Under the pieces are notes generated by a model. It made no database searches. It was not told the DNA's origin and saw only the letters and a list, made by a program, of their open reading frames with translations. Source: a virus. From it: a stretch of DNA of 64,000 bases. The position numbers and the translations under genes are program-made. The DNA lies in IMG/VR virus record IMGVR_UViG_3300048999_000056, positions 32,001 through 96,000 of that record; one strand, 5' to 3'. How positions within the stretch are numbered: the first letter of the stretch is position 1; every line of letters begins with the position of its first letter. Positions 1 through 9,667 of the stretch are shown piece after piece.

Positions 1-68
1 CAAGTTTGAGCTGCAGCAGCAACCGTAATTGCGTAGCTCTGTCACGCCAGTTGGATTAGGAGGAAAGG

Positions 69-512
69 GTGGTTGCATACAGCTTTGTTGACGTGAACGC
101 GACGCTGGTCGGTCCGGGCGGTGTCGTCTCGCTCGGCAACGGTTCGGGTGCTGCCGAGGAAGGCATTACGATCGAGCAGGCAGAGGACAAGGATACCATG
201 ACGATCGGTGCCGACGGCACGCCGATGCACAGTCTGCATGCCGGCAAGCAGGGCACCGTGACAATCAGACTGCTGAAGACTTCACCGTCCAATCAGCTCT
301 TGCAGCTGATGTATGACTTTCAACAGCTGAGTTCGGCGGTGTGGGGGCAGAATGTGCTGGTCATCACGCAGGTTGCGTCCGGTGACGTGACCTCGTGTCG
401 GTCGGTCGCATTCCGCCGTTCGCCGACGTTGACCTACGCGAAGGACGGCGGCACGCAGGAATGGGGCTTCAATGCCGGTCTGATCGACCGTGCGTTGGGG
501 AGTTACAACTAA
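69..512 (+). CDS. Tail tube protein (DUF3277-like)
   Basis: YSFVDV...EEGITI...TMTIGADG..MHSLHA motifs typical of myophage tube proteins; lies just before chaperone and tape measure genes. Confidence 0.8.
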   Translation: MVAYSFVDVNATLVGPGGVVSLGNGSGAAEEGITIEQAEDKDTMTIGADGTPMHSLHAGKQGTVTIRLLKTSPSNQLLQLMYDFQQLSSAVWGQNVLVITQVASGDVTSCRSVAFRRSPTLTYAKDGGTQEWGFNAGLIDRALGSYN

Positions 513-522
513 CGAGGGATGA

Positions 523-1032
523 ATGACAACTGATGTAACGATCGACGGCAACAACTACCGCACCGGGCAACTGAGCGCCAAGCAGCAGTTTCACGTTGCC
601 CGGCGTCTGGCGCCGTTGATCACCAAAATGGGCGTGGCTATGTCGCAGGGCATGCTGACGCCGCAGCAGGCACCGGTCCAACAAAAAGGAACAGCGGAAC
701 AGGACGCGGAGGACCAACAAGCTGCGGCAGCTCGGGAAGCGTTCTTGGCGCTGCCGATATTCGAGGCCGTGGCACAGTCGCTTTCCGAACTTTCGGATGA
801 AGAGTGCGATTACGTCATTCGCGTATGCATGTCCGTTGTGTCGCGCGAGCAAAGCGGTCACTGGATCGGGGTATGGAACAAAGCAGCTGATCAACTACAG
901 TTCACCGATATTTCCATGCCAGCGATGATGCAGTTGACCATGACTGTGCTGCAGGACAACCTCGGGTCTTTTATGCCCGCCCAGCCCGCACCTGGGAACA
1001 GAGCAGCTACTACAGGTCAAAGCGTCCACTAG
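523..1032 (+). CDS. Tail assembly chaperone
   Basis: Y.TGQLSAKQQFHVARRLAP...QDNLGSF; position between tube and tape measure. Confidence 0.75.
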   Translation: MTTDVTIDGNNYRTGQLSAKQQFHVARRLAPLITKMGVAMSQGMLTPQQAPVQQKGTAEQDAEDQQAAAAREAFLALPIFEAVAQSLSELSDEECDYVIRVCMSVVSREQSGHWIGVWNKAADQLQFTDISMPAMMQLTMTVLQDNLGSFMPAQPAPGNRAATTGQSVH

Positions 1033-1043
1033 CATTCGTGCGG

Positions 1044-1214
1044 ATGGCAACAGAGGCTGATTGGTTGATGCGCCCCGTCAAGCAGGGCATGTGCCGCTAC
1101 GAAAGCCTGCTGGACGGAACTGTCGATCTTGCCGACATTGCCGAGATGAACGATTGCCTCGACGTTGATACGGAAAACGAGTTCCGTCTGCAAGAGGCGC
1201 TGAAAGAGCAGTAA
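1044..1214 (+). CDS. Tail chaperone downstream segment (DUF6889-like), probably also made as a -1 frameshift extension
   Basis: Not in the ORF track. Reads MATEADWLMRPVKQGMCRYESLLDGTVDLADIAEMNDCLD...; its frame is open back to the TTTT at 969-972; TAATG overlap with tape measure start. Confidence 0.7.
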   Translation: MATEADWLMRPVKQGMCRYESLLDGTVDLADIAEMNDCLDVDTENEFRLQEALKEQ

Positions 1215-3493
1215 TGGCGACGACGATCAAAGAGTTCCTTGTTGCGCTCGGCTTCAAAGTCGATCCTGCTCAGCAGAATCGCTTTACCGATGCGTTGAAG
1301 GACTCGCATCAGCGCGTCGAGGCGCTCGGTAAGACGTTGACCGGCATGATCAGCAAGTTTGCCGAAATGGCAACTGCTGCGACCGGCACGGCCATCGGTC
1401 TGGCTGCGGCGATGGCCAAGATCAGCGAGAACATTGCAGGCGCTGCCTACGCCGCTGATCGTATCGGCACAACGACACCTAGATTGAAGTCGTTTGAGGA
1501 AGCCATCAGGCAGGTTGGCGGCACGGCCGAACGTGCACGTGGCATGCTTGAGGGCATGATGGACGTGGAGGCGCACCGTCCAGGCACGATATTCGGCACA
1601 TTCGGTATCAAGCCCGGCACCGATCCGGTCGAGGCGATGCGGCTGCTCTCGCAGCACTTCGCCGAGCTGATACGCACTGGTCGGCAGGCGCAAGCCTTTG
1701 CAGAGGGTGAGATCATTCACCTAACGCGGGCGGACATCCTGCAATTGACCAACCCGCTGATGGACCCTGCGTTTCAGCGGTCCATGGGTCGGCGCAACGC
1801 ATTTGGCATCGGACCAGAAGCCGGCCAGATGGCGGAGGAATCTGACCGGCTGATCAAGCAGCTGCACGATCAATTCAACACATTCCTCGAATACCTGCAG
1901 ACGCGGTGGGGGCCAGCCTTCAATGAGGCTATGCGAGCCGCTACCAAATGGTTCGACGAGAATATCCCGAAAATCAAGCAATGGGTGTCCGACGCTGAAG
2001 GCGTTGTCAAATCCTTCATCGAGACATTGAAGCATTGGTGGGATGCGCTGTCGCCGGCCGGCAAGACAACCGTTGAAACCATCGGCGTCATATTGGTGCT
2101 GCGGGCGCTGAGTGCGCTGCCGATTATCGGTCTACCGATCTTGCTTGCCAGCATCGCGACAGCGATCGTTGACCTCGTTCGCGGCTACAACGAGTGGAAA
2201 GCAACCGGCGTCTCCAGTGGTCTGGTGGACTGGACGGTCTGGGGACCGCAGATCGAGAACCTGAAAAGCGGGTTGACGTTCATCAAAGAGAACGTGATCG
2301 ACCCTCTTACCACGGCCTATAAAGCCTACGACGGCGTGCTCGGCACGGTTGCCGAAAAGCTGGCGGAGCAGAAAACCTACGTTGACGGGCTGATTGCCAG
2401 CTATCAGCAATGGAAGGAGACAGGCATTTCCAAGGGTCCTATAGACTGGGACCTGTGGGGGCCACCGATTACGAAGGCAAACGACTGCATCAAGGCTTTG
2501 GTTGCGATATTCCAGAAATGGCAGGAAGTCGGCATCAAGGGCTTCATTGATTGGAACGTGTGGGGGCCGCCTATCGAGCGGATAACGGAGGCGCTAAAAT
2601 ACTTCAACGAGAATGCGATCATTCCGCTTATCGACAACTTGAAAGCGTTGAAGGATTTGGTGACTTTCTCGACGGGCGTAAACGCAGAGGACCTGATCCC
2701 TGGTTGGCTACGCGGCGTGCTCGGCATTCCTGCTGCTGCTGAAGGCGCGCAGCAACAGCAAGAGGAGCCGTCACTGCTCGGCAAGGCCAAGCAGATGTGG
2801 CGCGATCGGCCGGGATGGCTGGGCGGTAGCGGTGGCGGTGCAACTGATGAACGCAAGGCGGATATACGCGACAGGTTGGTCAAGGAGCTGGGCATCCCCG
2901 TAGAGGCTGCATCTGGTCTGGTCAGTAACCTCAACGCGGAGTCCGGCATTGCCGGTATCAACGAGCGCAATCCTGTTGTGCCCGGCAGTCGTGGCGGCTT
3001 TGGTTGGGCGCAATGGACAGGTCCGCGCCGTGTGGCATTCGAGAACTGGGCACGCGCACATGGGCTCGATCCCGCTTCGGACCAAGCGAACATGGGTTTT
3101 CTCGTTGAGGAATTGCGCAACAAATATCCGCAGGTGCTGGCGCAGCTGAAGTCCGGTCAGATCAGCGCGACTGAGGCAGCGAAGATCGTCAGTGATCAGT
3201 ATATCGTGCCGCCGAAATCTGCGACGGCAGGTCATGTTGCGGCAGCGGCGAGCATTGCCAAGCTGGCAAGTGCTGCGAATGGACCGTCGGCCAGTTTGGC
3301 AGCGCCCGCACTCGTGCCGTCACCGGTGAGCTACAACACGTCTGATCAGTCGCGTGACGTGCAGGTCAATGCGCCGACGAATATCAATATCAACGGCGTC
3401 GCCGATCCGCAGCGTGCGGCCGATCTTACGGACCGGCAACGCGACCGGCAGACTGCGAACCTACTACGGCAGATGAAGGCGGTGATCGCGTAA
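1214..3493 (+). CDS. Tape measure protein with C-terminal phage tail lysozyme domain
   Basis: IKEFLVALGF N-terminus, long helical Ala-rich body, C-terminal SGLVSNLNAESG...GFGWAQWTGPRR lysozyme motif. Confidence 0.85.
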   Translation: MATTIKEFLVALGFKVDPAQQNRFTDALKDSHQRVEALGKTLTGMISKFAEMATAATGTAIGLAAAMAKISENIAGAAYAADRIGTTTPRLKSFEEAIRQVGGTAERARGMLEGMMDVEAHRPGTIFGTFGIKPGTDPVEAMRLLSQHFAELIRTGRQAQAFAEGEIIHLTRADILQLTNPLMDPAFQRSMGRRNAFGIGPEAGQMAEESDRLIKQLHDQFNTFLEYLQTRWGPAFNEAMRAATKWFDENIPKIKQWVSDAEGVVKSFIETLKHWWDALSPAGKTTVETIGVILVLRALSALPIIGLPILLASIATAIVDLVRGYNEWKATGVSSGLVDWTVWGPQIENLKSGLTFIKENVIDPLTTAYKAYDGVLGTVAEKLAEQKTYVDGLIASYQQWKETGISKGPIDWDLWGPPITKANDCIKALVAIFQKWQEVGIKGFIDWNVWGPPIERITEALKYFNENAIIPLIDNLKALKDLVTFSTGVNAEDLIPGWLRGVLGIPAAAEGAQQQQEEPSLLGKAKQMWRDRPGWLGGSGGGATDERKADIRDRLVKELGIPVEAASGLVSNLNAESGIAGINERNPVVPGSRGGFGWAQWTGPRRVAFENWARAHGLDPASDQANMGFLVEELRNKYPQVLAQLKSGQISATEAAKIVSDQYIVPPKSATAGHVAAAASIAKLASAANGPSASLAAPALVPSPVSYNTSDQSRDVQVNAPTNININGVADPQRAADLTDRQRDRQTANLLRQMKAVIA

Positions 3494-4509
3494 TGGCACA
3501 GCAATGGATCAGGAAAATCAGTCTCGTGGTCGAGGGTGCCCAAGGCAGTATCGAGCTGAGCGCGTTGCGCGTCCGCTTCCACGTGTTCGCGCATACCAAC
3601 ATCGCGCCAAGCACGCTTGAGGCGCGCATCTTCAATCTCAATCCTGACAGCGAGCAGAAGCTGCTGACACAGATAGTTGATCCTTTGCCGTCGCTGCAAG
3701 GCTCCAATCCGAACAGCGGCGCCGGCAAGGTGACGTTGCAGGCTGGCTATGAAGAAAACTACGGCACCATCTTCAAAGGTGAGCTGATACAGGTCCGCCG
3801 TGGCCGCGAGGGTCTGGATACCTACATCGATCTGTTTGCCGGCGATGGCGACCGATCGCACAACTGGGCGGTGATCAACACGACATTGGCGGCGGGCTGG
3901 ACACCGCATGACGTGAACGATCAGATACGCAAGGCGATGTCAACTTACGATGTCACAGCTGGCAATCTGCCCGACGCCATCCCGGCCACCGCAGCGCCGC
4001 GCGGCAAGGTGGTTATGGGCATGGCGCGCGACACCCAACGCGATCTGAGCAATCAATTCAACGCGGACGGCTTTGTGCGCAATGGCAATCTCGAATGGCT
4101 GGAGCGCTCGGCCTACCGCCCTGGTGACATTGCCAAGATCAACGCGCAAACCGGCATGATCGGTCTGCCGCAGCAAACCAACTTCGGGCTGACGGTGCGG
4201 ATGCTGCTCAACCCCAGCGTCGGACCGGGCACGCTGCTCCAGCTGCAGAACAAGTCAATTCAACAGCTGCAGGCGTCTGGTCAGGTCGGTGCCGTGACAG
4301 AGAACACCTACCTGCAGAAAAACCTCAACTACGATTTCCTGACGGCGGCGGATGGCAACTATCGCGTGTTCGCGGTTGAGCATATCGGCGACACGCGCGC
4401 CAATGACTGGTACAGCGATGCGATCTGCGTCGCGACATCCTCCGGCATTCCGGGCGGTGCCGCCTTCCTCGTGCCGAAGCAGTATCTTGGATCGGAGGGC
4501 GTGCGGTGA
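3493..4509 (+). CDS. Baseplate hub protein
   Basis: RIFNLN...VTLQAGY...IF.G...TGMIGLPQQT...G.YRV..VEH.GDTR..DWYS motifs. Confidence 0.75.
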   Translation: MAQQWIRKISLVVEGAQGSIELSALRVRFHVFAHTNIAPSTLEARIFNLNPDSEQKLLTQIVDPLPSLQGSNPNSGAGKVTLQAGYEENYGTIFKGELIQVRRGREGLDTYIDLFAGDGDRSHNWAVINTTLAAGWTPHDVNDQIRKAMSTYDVTAGNLPDAIPATAAPRGKVVMGMARDTQRDLSNQFNADGFVRNGNLEWLERSAYRPGDIAKINAQTGMIGLPQQTNFGLTVRMLLNPSVGPGTLLQLQNKSIQQLQASGQVGAVTENTYLQKNLNYDFLTAADGNYRVFAVEHIGDTRANDWYSDAICVATSSGIPGGAAFLVPKQYLGSEGVR

Positions 4510-5138
4510 GCGGAAGCCTTGCTGGCAGCTCGGCGACGATCGCCGCACTCATTGGTGCGGACGTTCTTGAGGAAGTGTTCCTGCAGCCTCACAGGACCAT
4601 CGGGACCATCATTCCCGAGTGCGCCGTGGAGGAACATCATTCGGACCGATTACAGGTCACACAGCATCCGATCGAGATCGGCGCCAATATCTCCGACCAT
4701 GCCTACATGCTGCCTTTCGAGGTCACGTTGCGCTACGGTTGGTCGAACGCGTTGATCGGTGGACAGATACAGAACCTTGGCGATCGGTTCGCGGCGATCG
4801 GCAGCGAGAGTTTTCAACAAGTGATCTCGGGCGGCCAGACCGCCGCGATCTACGAGCATCTGCAGCAGCTGCAAGCGTCGCGCATACCCTTCAGGATCGT
4901 GACGGGCAAGCGCACCTATGCCGACATGCTGATTACGGAAATGGGTGTTACGACCGACGCGCGCACGGAGAACGTGCTGATTGTCGAGCTACACTGTCAA
5001 CAGATTATCAGGGTTTCGACCAGCTCTACGCCCGCAGCGGCGGCGCAGGCGATGCCGGAACAGACAGGTGACGCTATCAACACCGGGAACCAGCAGCTTA
5101 CGCCGGTTCCCGGTGGTGCCGTGACGGGTGTCGCTTAG
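4506..5138 (+). CDS. Baseplate organisation / tube-initiator-like protein
   Basis: EEHHSD.L.VT.HPIE.GA.ISDHAY..P and IVTGKRTY..MLI motifs. Confidence 0.7.
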   Translation: MSGSLAGSSATIAALIGADVLEEVFLQPHRTIGTIIPECAVEEHHSDRLQVTQHPIEIGANISDHAYMLPFEVTLRYGWSNALIGGQIQNLGDRFAAIGSESFQQVISGGQTAAIYEHLQQLQASRIPFRIVTGKRTYADMLITEMGVTTDARTENVLIVELHCQQIIRVSTSSTPAAAAQAMPEQTGDAINTGNQQLTPVPGGAVTGVA

Positions 5139-5785
5139 TGGACGAAGTTGCAGGCTAGGTGCGCTGTGCCGTAGTAGTCGGAACCCATGCCGCGATACGA
5201 GCTGAGACAGCTATCCCAGAGCATCTGCTGGCTCTGTGCCGTGGCGCCCGCCGCGCCGCCAGGATGGCGTTGACAGGCGCCCTGATCTCCATAGTAGCAC
5301 GTGATGGCGTCGCGGTTCTGTTGGGCTTGTGCGGCGATTGCGTCCTTCTGCGCCTGAGGCAGACAGCCGGACGGATTGTAGCTGTTGCAGACGTGGTTCT
5401 GATTCGCCTTGTGATACTCGGTTGCCAGCTCGCGATTGTTGATCGTCGCCTTGTCGCTTTCCCATTGCTGGCAGGTCGCCGAGCCTTGGGCGTAGGGGCA
5501 TGACTCCGGAGCAGCCCAGCCGGAGCCGGCATACAGCTTGCGGACTTCAGCGTAGGACATCGTGCCGGTGATCTTCGGCGGGCACGATCCGGCTGGTGGA
5601 CCGCCCGGTTGTTGATGGTAAGGCACTGGCCGCCCGGTCTGTCCGTCAACAACGTTCGTGCAGCCTTTGTCGGCGAAACCGCCCGTGTGGTGCCACTCGT
5701 TCCATGCGGAATACGGGTGACCGAAGCTGCCGTCAGCATTGCAGCCGGCGAGGGTGATGCAGGCGGTGAGGATCAAGGCGCGCAT
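5135..5785 (-). CDS. Cys-rich lipoprotein, antisense moron in the baseplate operon
   Basis: Signal peptide with lipobox LAGC; many Cys; opposite strand to neighbours. Confidence 0.6.
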   Translation of the reverse strand: MRALILTACITLAGCNADGSFGHPYSAWNEWHHTGGFADKGCTNVVDGQTGRPVPYHQQPGGPPAGSCPPKITGTMSYAEVRKLYAGSGWAAPESCPYAQGSATCQQWESDKATINNRELATEYHKANQNHVCNSYNPSGCLPQAQKDAIAAQAQQNRDAITCYYGDQGACQRHPGGAAGATAQSQQMLWDSCLSSYRGMGSDYYGTAHLACNFVH

Positions 5786-5814
5786 AGCGTGGTTCCTTCA
5801 ATACGGTTGAACTC

Positions 5815-6132
5815 ATGGCAACGACGATCTCGGAAATCCCGCTACGTGCTTCATCGCAGACGTTCACGATCTCGCTTGCATCTGTAATATACAAAATGCG
5901 GGTGCAGTGGCGCGACAAGGCACAGGAATGGATCGTTGATCTGAGCGATCAGGACGACAATTTGTTGATCGCTGGCGTGCCGCTGCTGCCCGGCGCCGAC
6001 ATTCTGGGGCAGTATCCAGAGCTGGGCGTCGGCGGCGAGCTATGGGTGGCGTCGGACGGTGCGCCGGACGAACCGCCAACCTTTGCCGGGCTCGGCTCGA
6101 CCCATCACCTGTACTTCGTGGCGAGAAGCTGA
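5815..6132 (+). CDS. Baseplate plug-like protein (DUF6983-like)
   Basis: EIPL...QTF.I.L...W..DL.D....L..G.PL..G.D.L.QY motif. Confidence 0.65.
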   Translation: MATTISEIPLRASSQTFTISLASVIYKMRVQWRDKAQEWIVDLSDQDDNLLIAGVPLLPGADILGQYPELGVGGELWVASDGAPDEPPTFAGLGSTHHLYFVARS

Positions 6133-6882
6133 ATGGACTATCGCGAGCGCTTCCACGACCCGCAGGAAGCCTTACGGGCCGCCCTGGGTAGTCATCAGGC
6201 TTCCGTCTGGACAGCCCTGCCTGGCATCGTCCAGAGCGTGGATTTCGCCAAGATCACGTGCACCGTCCAGCCCGCGATACAGGCCCAGCAGGTCACGCCG
6301 GACGGCGAACGGAACAACGTCAACATGCCGCTTCTGGTTGACGTGCCGATCCACTTCCCCGGTGGGGGCGGTTACACGGCGACGTTTCCGTTGAAGGAAG
6401 GCGACGAATGCGTGGTGGTGTTCTCGTCGCGCTGCATCGACAATTGGTGGCAAAGCGGCGGCGTGCAACCGCCGTTTGAGCAACGCATGCACGATTTGTC
6501 CGATGCCTTTGCCGTTCCGAGGATTTGGAGCCAACAGACCAAGATCAGCAATATCTCCGATAAGACGGCGCAGCTGCGTAGTGACGACGGCACGCGATAT
6601 GTCGAACTGGACACGCCGAACAAGAAGGTTCGCGCGGTCACGGATACCGTTGTGATCGAGCTGGACAGCAGCAGCGGCAAGGTGACGGTGACGGCTCCGA
6701 CTGAGGTTCATGTTGAATGCCCCCTGGTCACGCTGAGCGGCGACCTGCACGTCTCGGGTGCCGTGATCGGTGGCTACGGCGGGGGCGATCAGGTGGGCTT
6801 GCAGACGCATACGCATACGCAGCCAAACGACACGCACGGCGATGGCGAGCTACCAACCAGAGCACCGACGGCAGGCACGTGA
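6133..6882 (+). CDS. Baseplate central spike (Gp138/gpV-like)
   Basis: TALPGIV...VQPAI...LVDVP..FP.GGG...GDEC.V.F..RCID.WW..GG...R.HDLSDAF; C-terminal HTH (His-x-His) metal-binding tip. Confidence 0.85.
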   Translation: MDYRERFHDPQEALRAALGSHQASVWTALPGIVQSVDFAKITCTVQPAIQAQQVTPDGERNNVNMPLLVDVPIHFPGGGGYTATFPLKEGDECVVVFSSRCIDNWWQSGGVQPPFEQRMHDLSDAFAVPRIWSQQTKISNISDKTAQLRSDDGTRYVELDTPNKKVRAVTDTVVIELDSSSGKVTVTAPTEVHVECPLVTLSGDLHVSGAVIGGYGGGDQVGLQTHTHTQPNDTHGDGELPTRAPTAGT

Positions 6883-7019
6883 TGGCAGACGATAACGATG
6901 ACTGGAGAAATCCGTTGCTCGGCACAACCGGCGTCTTGGCTGTCGTCATGGTGATCGGTCTGGCAGCTCTCGGGATCGGCGGATTGACGACGCTTATTCG
7001 TTGGGCGGTGACGCCATGA
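6882..7019 (+). CDS. Small membrane protein
   Basis: 45 aa with one hydrophobic helix; coupled start/stop overlaps on both sides. Confidence 0.45.
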   Translation: MADDNDDWRNPLLGTTGVLAVVMVIGLAALGIGGLTTLIRWAVTP

Positions 7020-7465
7020 GATATCGCAAGTTGACAGCGTCCGGCGATATGCAGTTCGGCCAACAGCAAGCCGACTTCTGGATCAACACGCCTGAAGCGG
7101 TGGCGCAGGCTGTCCAGACGCGGTTGCAGCTGCAGCTTGGAGCGTGGTTTCTCGATACGGATGACGGCATGGACTGGCAAGGGTCCGTGCTCGGCAACAG
7201 AACCTCGCCGATTCGCGACGCCACGATCCGCGCTCGTGTGTTGACGACGTTTGGCGTCAATTCAATCGACGGTTATGCATCAGGCTTCAATCCGAACAAC
7301 CGAGCGTTCGCGGCGCAGTTCTCGTTGGATACCATCTACGGCAAACTCGATCTGTTGAAGACAACATTCTTGACGCCGACCGGCCCACGTCCGCCGATAC
7401 CACCATTTAACGTTGGCGCTAACGTGTTGAATGACACGCAGGTCAACGTCACCTGGAGCGGCTAA
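7016..7465 (+). CDS. Baseplate wedge (gp25/gp46-like) with C-terminal half-FN3 extension
   Basis: MRYRKL...GD..FG...AVAQAV.TRL.L..G.WFLD...G; tail PPIPPFNVGANVLNDTQVNVTW resembles FN3 strands A-B. Confidence 0.75.
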   Translation: MRYRKLTASGDMQFGQQQADFWINTPEAVAQAVQTRLQLQLGAWFLDTDDGMDWQGSVLGNRTSPIRDATIRARVLTTFGVNSIDGYASGFNPNNRAFAAQFSLDTIYGKLDLLKTTFLTPTGPRPPIPPFNVGANVLNDTQVNVTWSG

Positions 7466-9667
7466 ATGTCAGGCACAACTACCTATCAAGTCCGCTACCG
7501 CGTCAAAGGTTCAACGACGTGGATCAACTATGGCCAGCCGATAACGGACTTGACCGAGGTCATATCCGGGCTGAAACCCAACACGACGTATGAAATGGAG
7601 GTTGTCGCAACCAATCCGCAAGGTGCGGTTGCATCGAACATTATCACGTTTACCACTGGCAGTTCGGTGCCGCCATCGGTGCCCGGCCTGCCGATCGCCA
7701 GCGGGATCAGTACGACATCGCTTGTGCTCAACTGGCCGGCATCGTCCAGCGGTGCCCAACCGATTTTGTACCAGCCGCAGTTCCGGGTGCACAATACTGG
7801 TAGCTTCGTCAATGTCGGTCTGCAAAGCCTGTCGCAATCAGTGACGGTCACTGGTTTGTCCGCGAGCACAAGCTACGATTTTCGGGTGATTGCCACCAAC
7901 AGCAACGGATCGGCGACTTCTGCAACCCTGACGGTCAGCACGGCGGCGATCGGCACTGCGCCCAGCTCGCCAACCAGTCTACGGGCAACAAACGTCACGG
8001 CGAGCGGCCTGACATTGTCCTGGGTAGGTTCAACAGGCACGCCACCGATCACCTACCAGCCACGCTACCGTCTTGCAGGCACGACCAACTTCGCCACGTT
8101 CGGCCCGGCGATCAGCGGCACGACCGTCAACATTACTGGATTGGCGGCGAGCACCAATTACGAATTTCGGGTGGATGCAGTCAACTCTGTGTCCGCAACA
8201 CCTTCAGCGATCTTGCCGGTCACGACGATTGCTTCGACCATTGCACCTTCGGCGCCAAGCGGGCTGACTGCGAGTAATCAGTCGCAGACTGGCATAACGG
8301 TGTCGTGGGCTGCCTCGACCGGCACGCCAGCGCCGACGTATCAGCTACAGTATCGTGTCGGCGCGACCGGCGCATTTGCCAACTACGGCGCGCCGATCAG
8401 CGGCACGTCTGTCAACGTGACAGGACTGGTAGCGAGCACGACATACAACTTCCAGGTTGTGGCGTCCAACAGCGCCGGTTCTGCGACCTCGACGGTCCTG
8501 TCGGCTGCGACGACCGGCGCACCTGTAGCGCCATCCGCGCCGCTCAATCCAACGGTTGGCACGGTGACAAGCAGCTCGATCGCGGTGTCATGGACGCATC
8601 CGGCACAGGGCACCGATCCGCTGCAATATCAGTTGCAATGGCGCCAGCATCCGGCGGCAGGTTCTGTCGCCGGCTTGTTCAATGAAGACTTCAGCGCGCT
8701 CGATATCAGCGAAACAGGCGGCGCCGTTCCGTCTGCGACGATTACACCGGCTTCCGGCGGCTCGATCACCGATCCATCCGGCAACGTGTGGACGATTAGC
8801 AGCGGTGCTGTATTCGAGAATGGATCGGCTGCAGGTTTTACGGCCAATGTTGCAGAAGTGGCATTGGTCAACGGCGTTATCTGGCACGAGAACAACACTA
8901 ACCAGTGGTATTCGTGGTCGCCACCTTCAACGTGGAACCCCGGCACCGATCCGACCGGCGGAACCGGAACCGGCGCCTGGACGAATCACTACGCGTTCGG
9001 TGGTTCCGAGTATACGCTATCGGCGAACAACGAGGCTCAGTACTACGCCAGTTCTACGCGCACGCCGGGCTTCAATCCGTTCTCAGTCTCCGGCGGCGTG
9101 CTGACGATCACTGCCGACAGTGTGGCGCATACCGTTGCCAACCCGCTTGGGCTGCCATACAATTCCGGTGCGATCATATCAGCGCAGGAGAGCAATGGCT
9201 CCCCTGCGCCCGGCCTGTTCTCGCACATGTACGGCTACTTCGAGGCGCGATGCCAGCTGCCGAAAGGGCGCGGGCTGTGGCCGGCATTCTGGTTGCTGCC
9301 GTTGACTGGTGCCGGCGAGATCGATATCTTCGAACAGCTCGGCAATGATACAACAACGATCTACTGTTCGCTGCATGCGACGGTGGGCGGTGTCGGCAAC
9401 ACGGTGTCGCTGGGCTTTGATGCGTCGGCGGCAATGCATGTTTACGGCTGCGATTGGCAAGCTGACTTCATAACTTGGTATGTCGATAACGTCCAGGTAG
9501 CGCAGGCGCCGACGCCAAGCGACATGATCGGCAAGCCCTACTATATTCTCTTCAACTTGGCTGTCGGTGCTGCTGGTTCCTGGCCCGGCCCGCCTGACGG
9601 CACGACAGTCTTCCCAGCCCGCATGCAGATCGATTATGTCCATGTCTTCGACAAGAGGCCATTCTGA
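7466..9667 (+). CDS. FN3-repeat virion protein with GH16 (ExsH-like) glycanase
   Basis: Tandem FN3 repeats (W...Y..GL...T.Y.F.V.A.N); GH16 motifs YGYFEAR, GLWPAFWLL, EIDIFE, H.YG.DW, MQIDYV. Confidence 0.85.
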   Translation: MSGTTTYQVRYRVKGSTTWINYGQPITDLTEVISGLKPNTTYEMEVVATNPQGAVASNIITFTTGSSVPPSVPGLPIASGISTTSLVLNWPASSSGAQPILYQPQFRVHNTGSFVNVGLQSLSQSVTVTGLSASTSYDFRVIATNSNGSATSATLTVSTAAIGTAPSSPTSLRATNVTASGLTLSWVGSTGTPPITYQPRYRLAGTTNFATFGPAISGTTVNITGLAASTNYEFRVDAVNSVSATPSAILPVTTIASTIAPSAPSGLTASNQSQTGITVSWAASTGTPAPTYQLQYRVGATGAFANYGAPISGTSVNVTGLVASTTYNFQVVASNSAGSATSTVLSAATTGAPVAPSAPLNPTVGTVTSSSIAVSWTHPAQGTDPLQYQLQWRQHPAAGSVAGLFNEDFSALDISETGGAVPSATITPASGGSITDPSGNVWTISSGAVFENGSAAGFTANVAEVALVNGVIWHENNTNQWYSWSPPSTWNPGTDPTGGTGTGAWTNHYAFGGSEYTLSANNEAQYYASSTRTPGFNPFSVSGGVLTITADSVAHTVANPLGLPYNSGAIISAQESNGSPAPGLFSHMYGYFEARCQLPKGRGLWPAFWLLPLTGAGEIDIFEQLGNDTTTIYCSLHATVGGVGNTVSLGFDASAAMHVYGCDWQADFITWYVDNVQVAQAPTPSDMIGKPYYILFNLAVGAAGSWPGPPDGTTVFPARMQIDYVHVFDKRPF

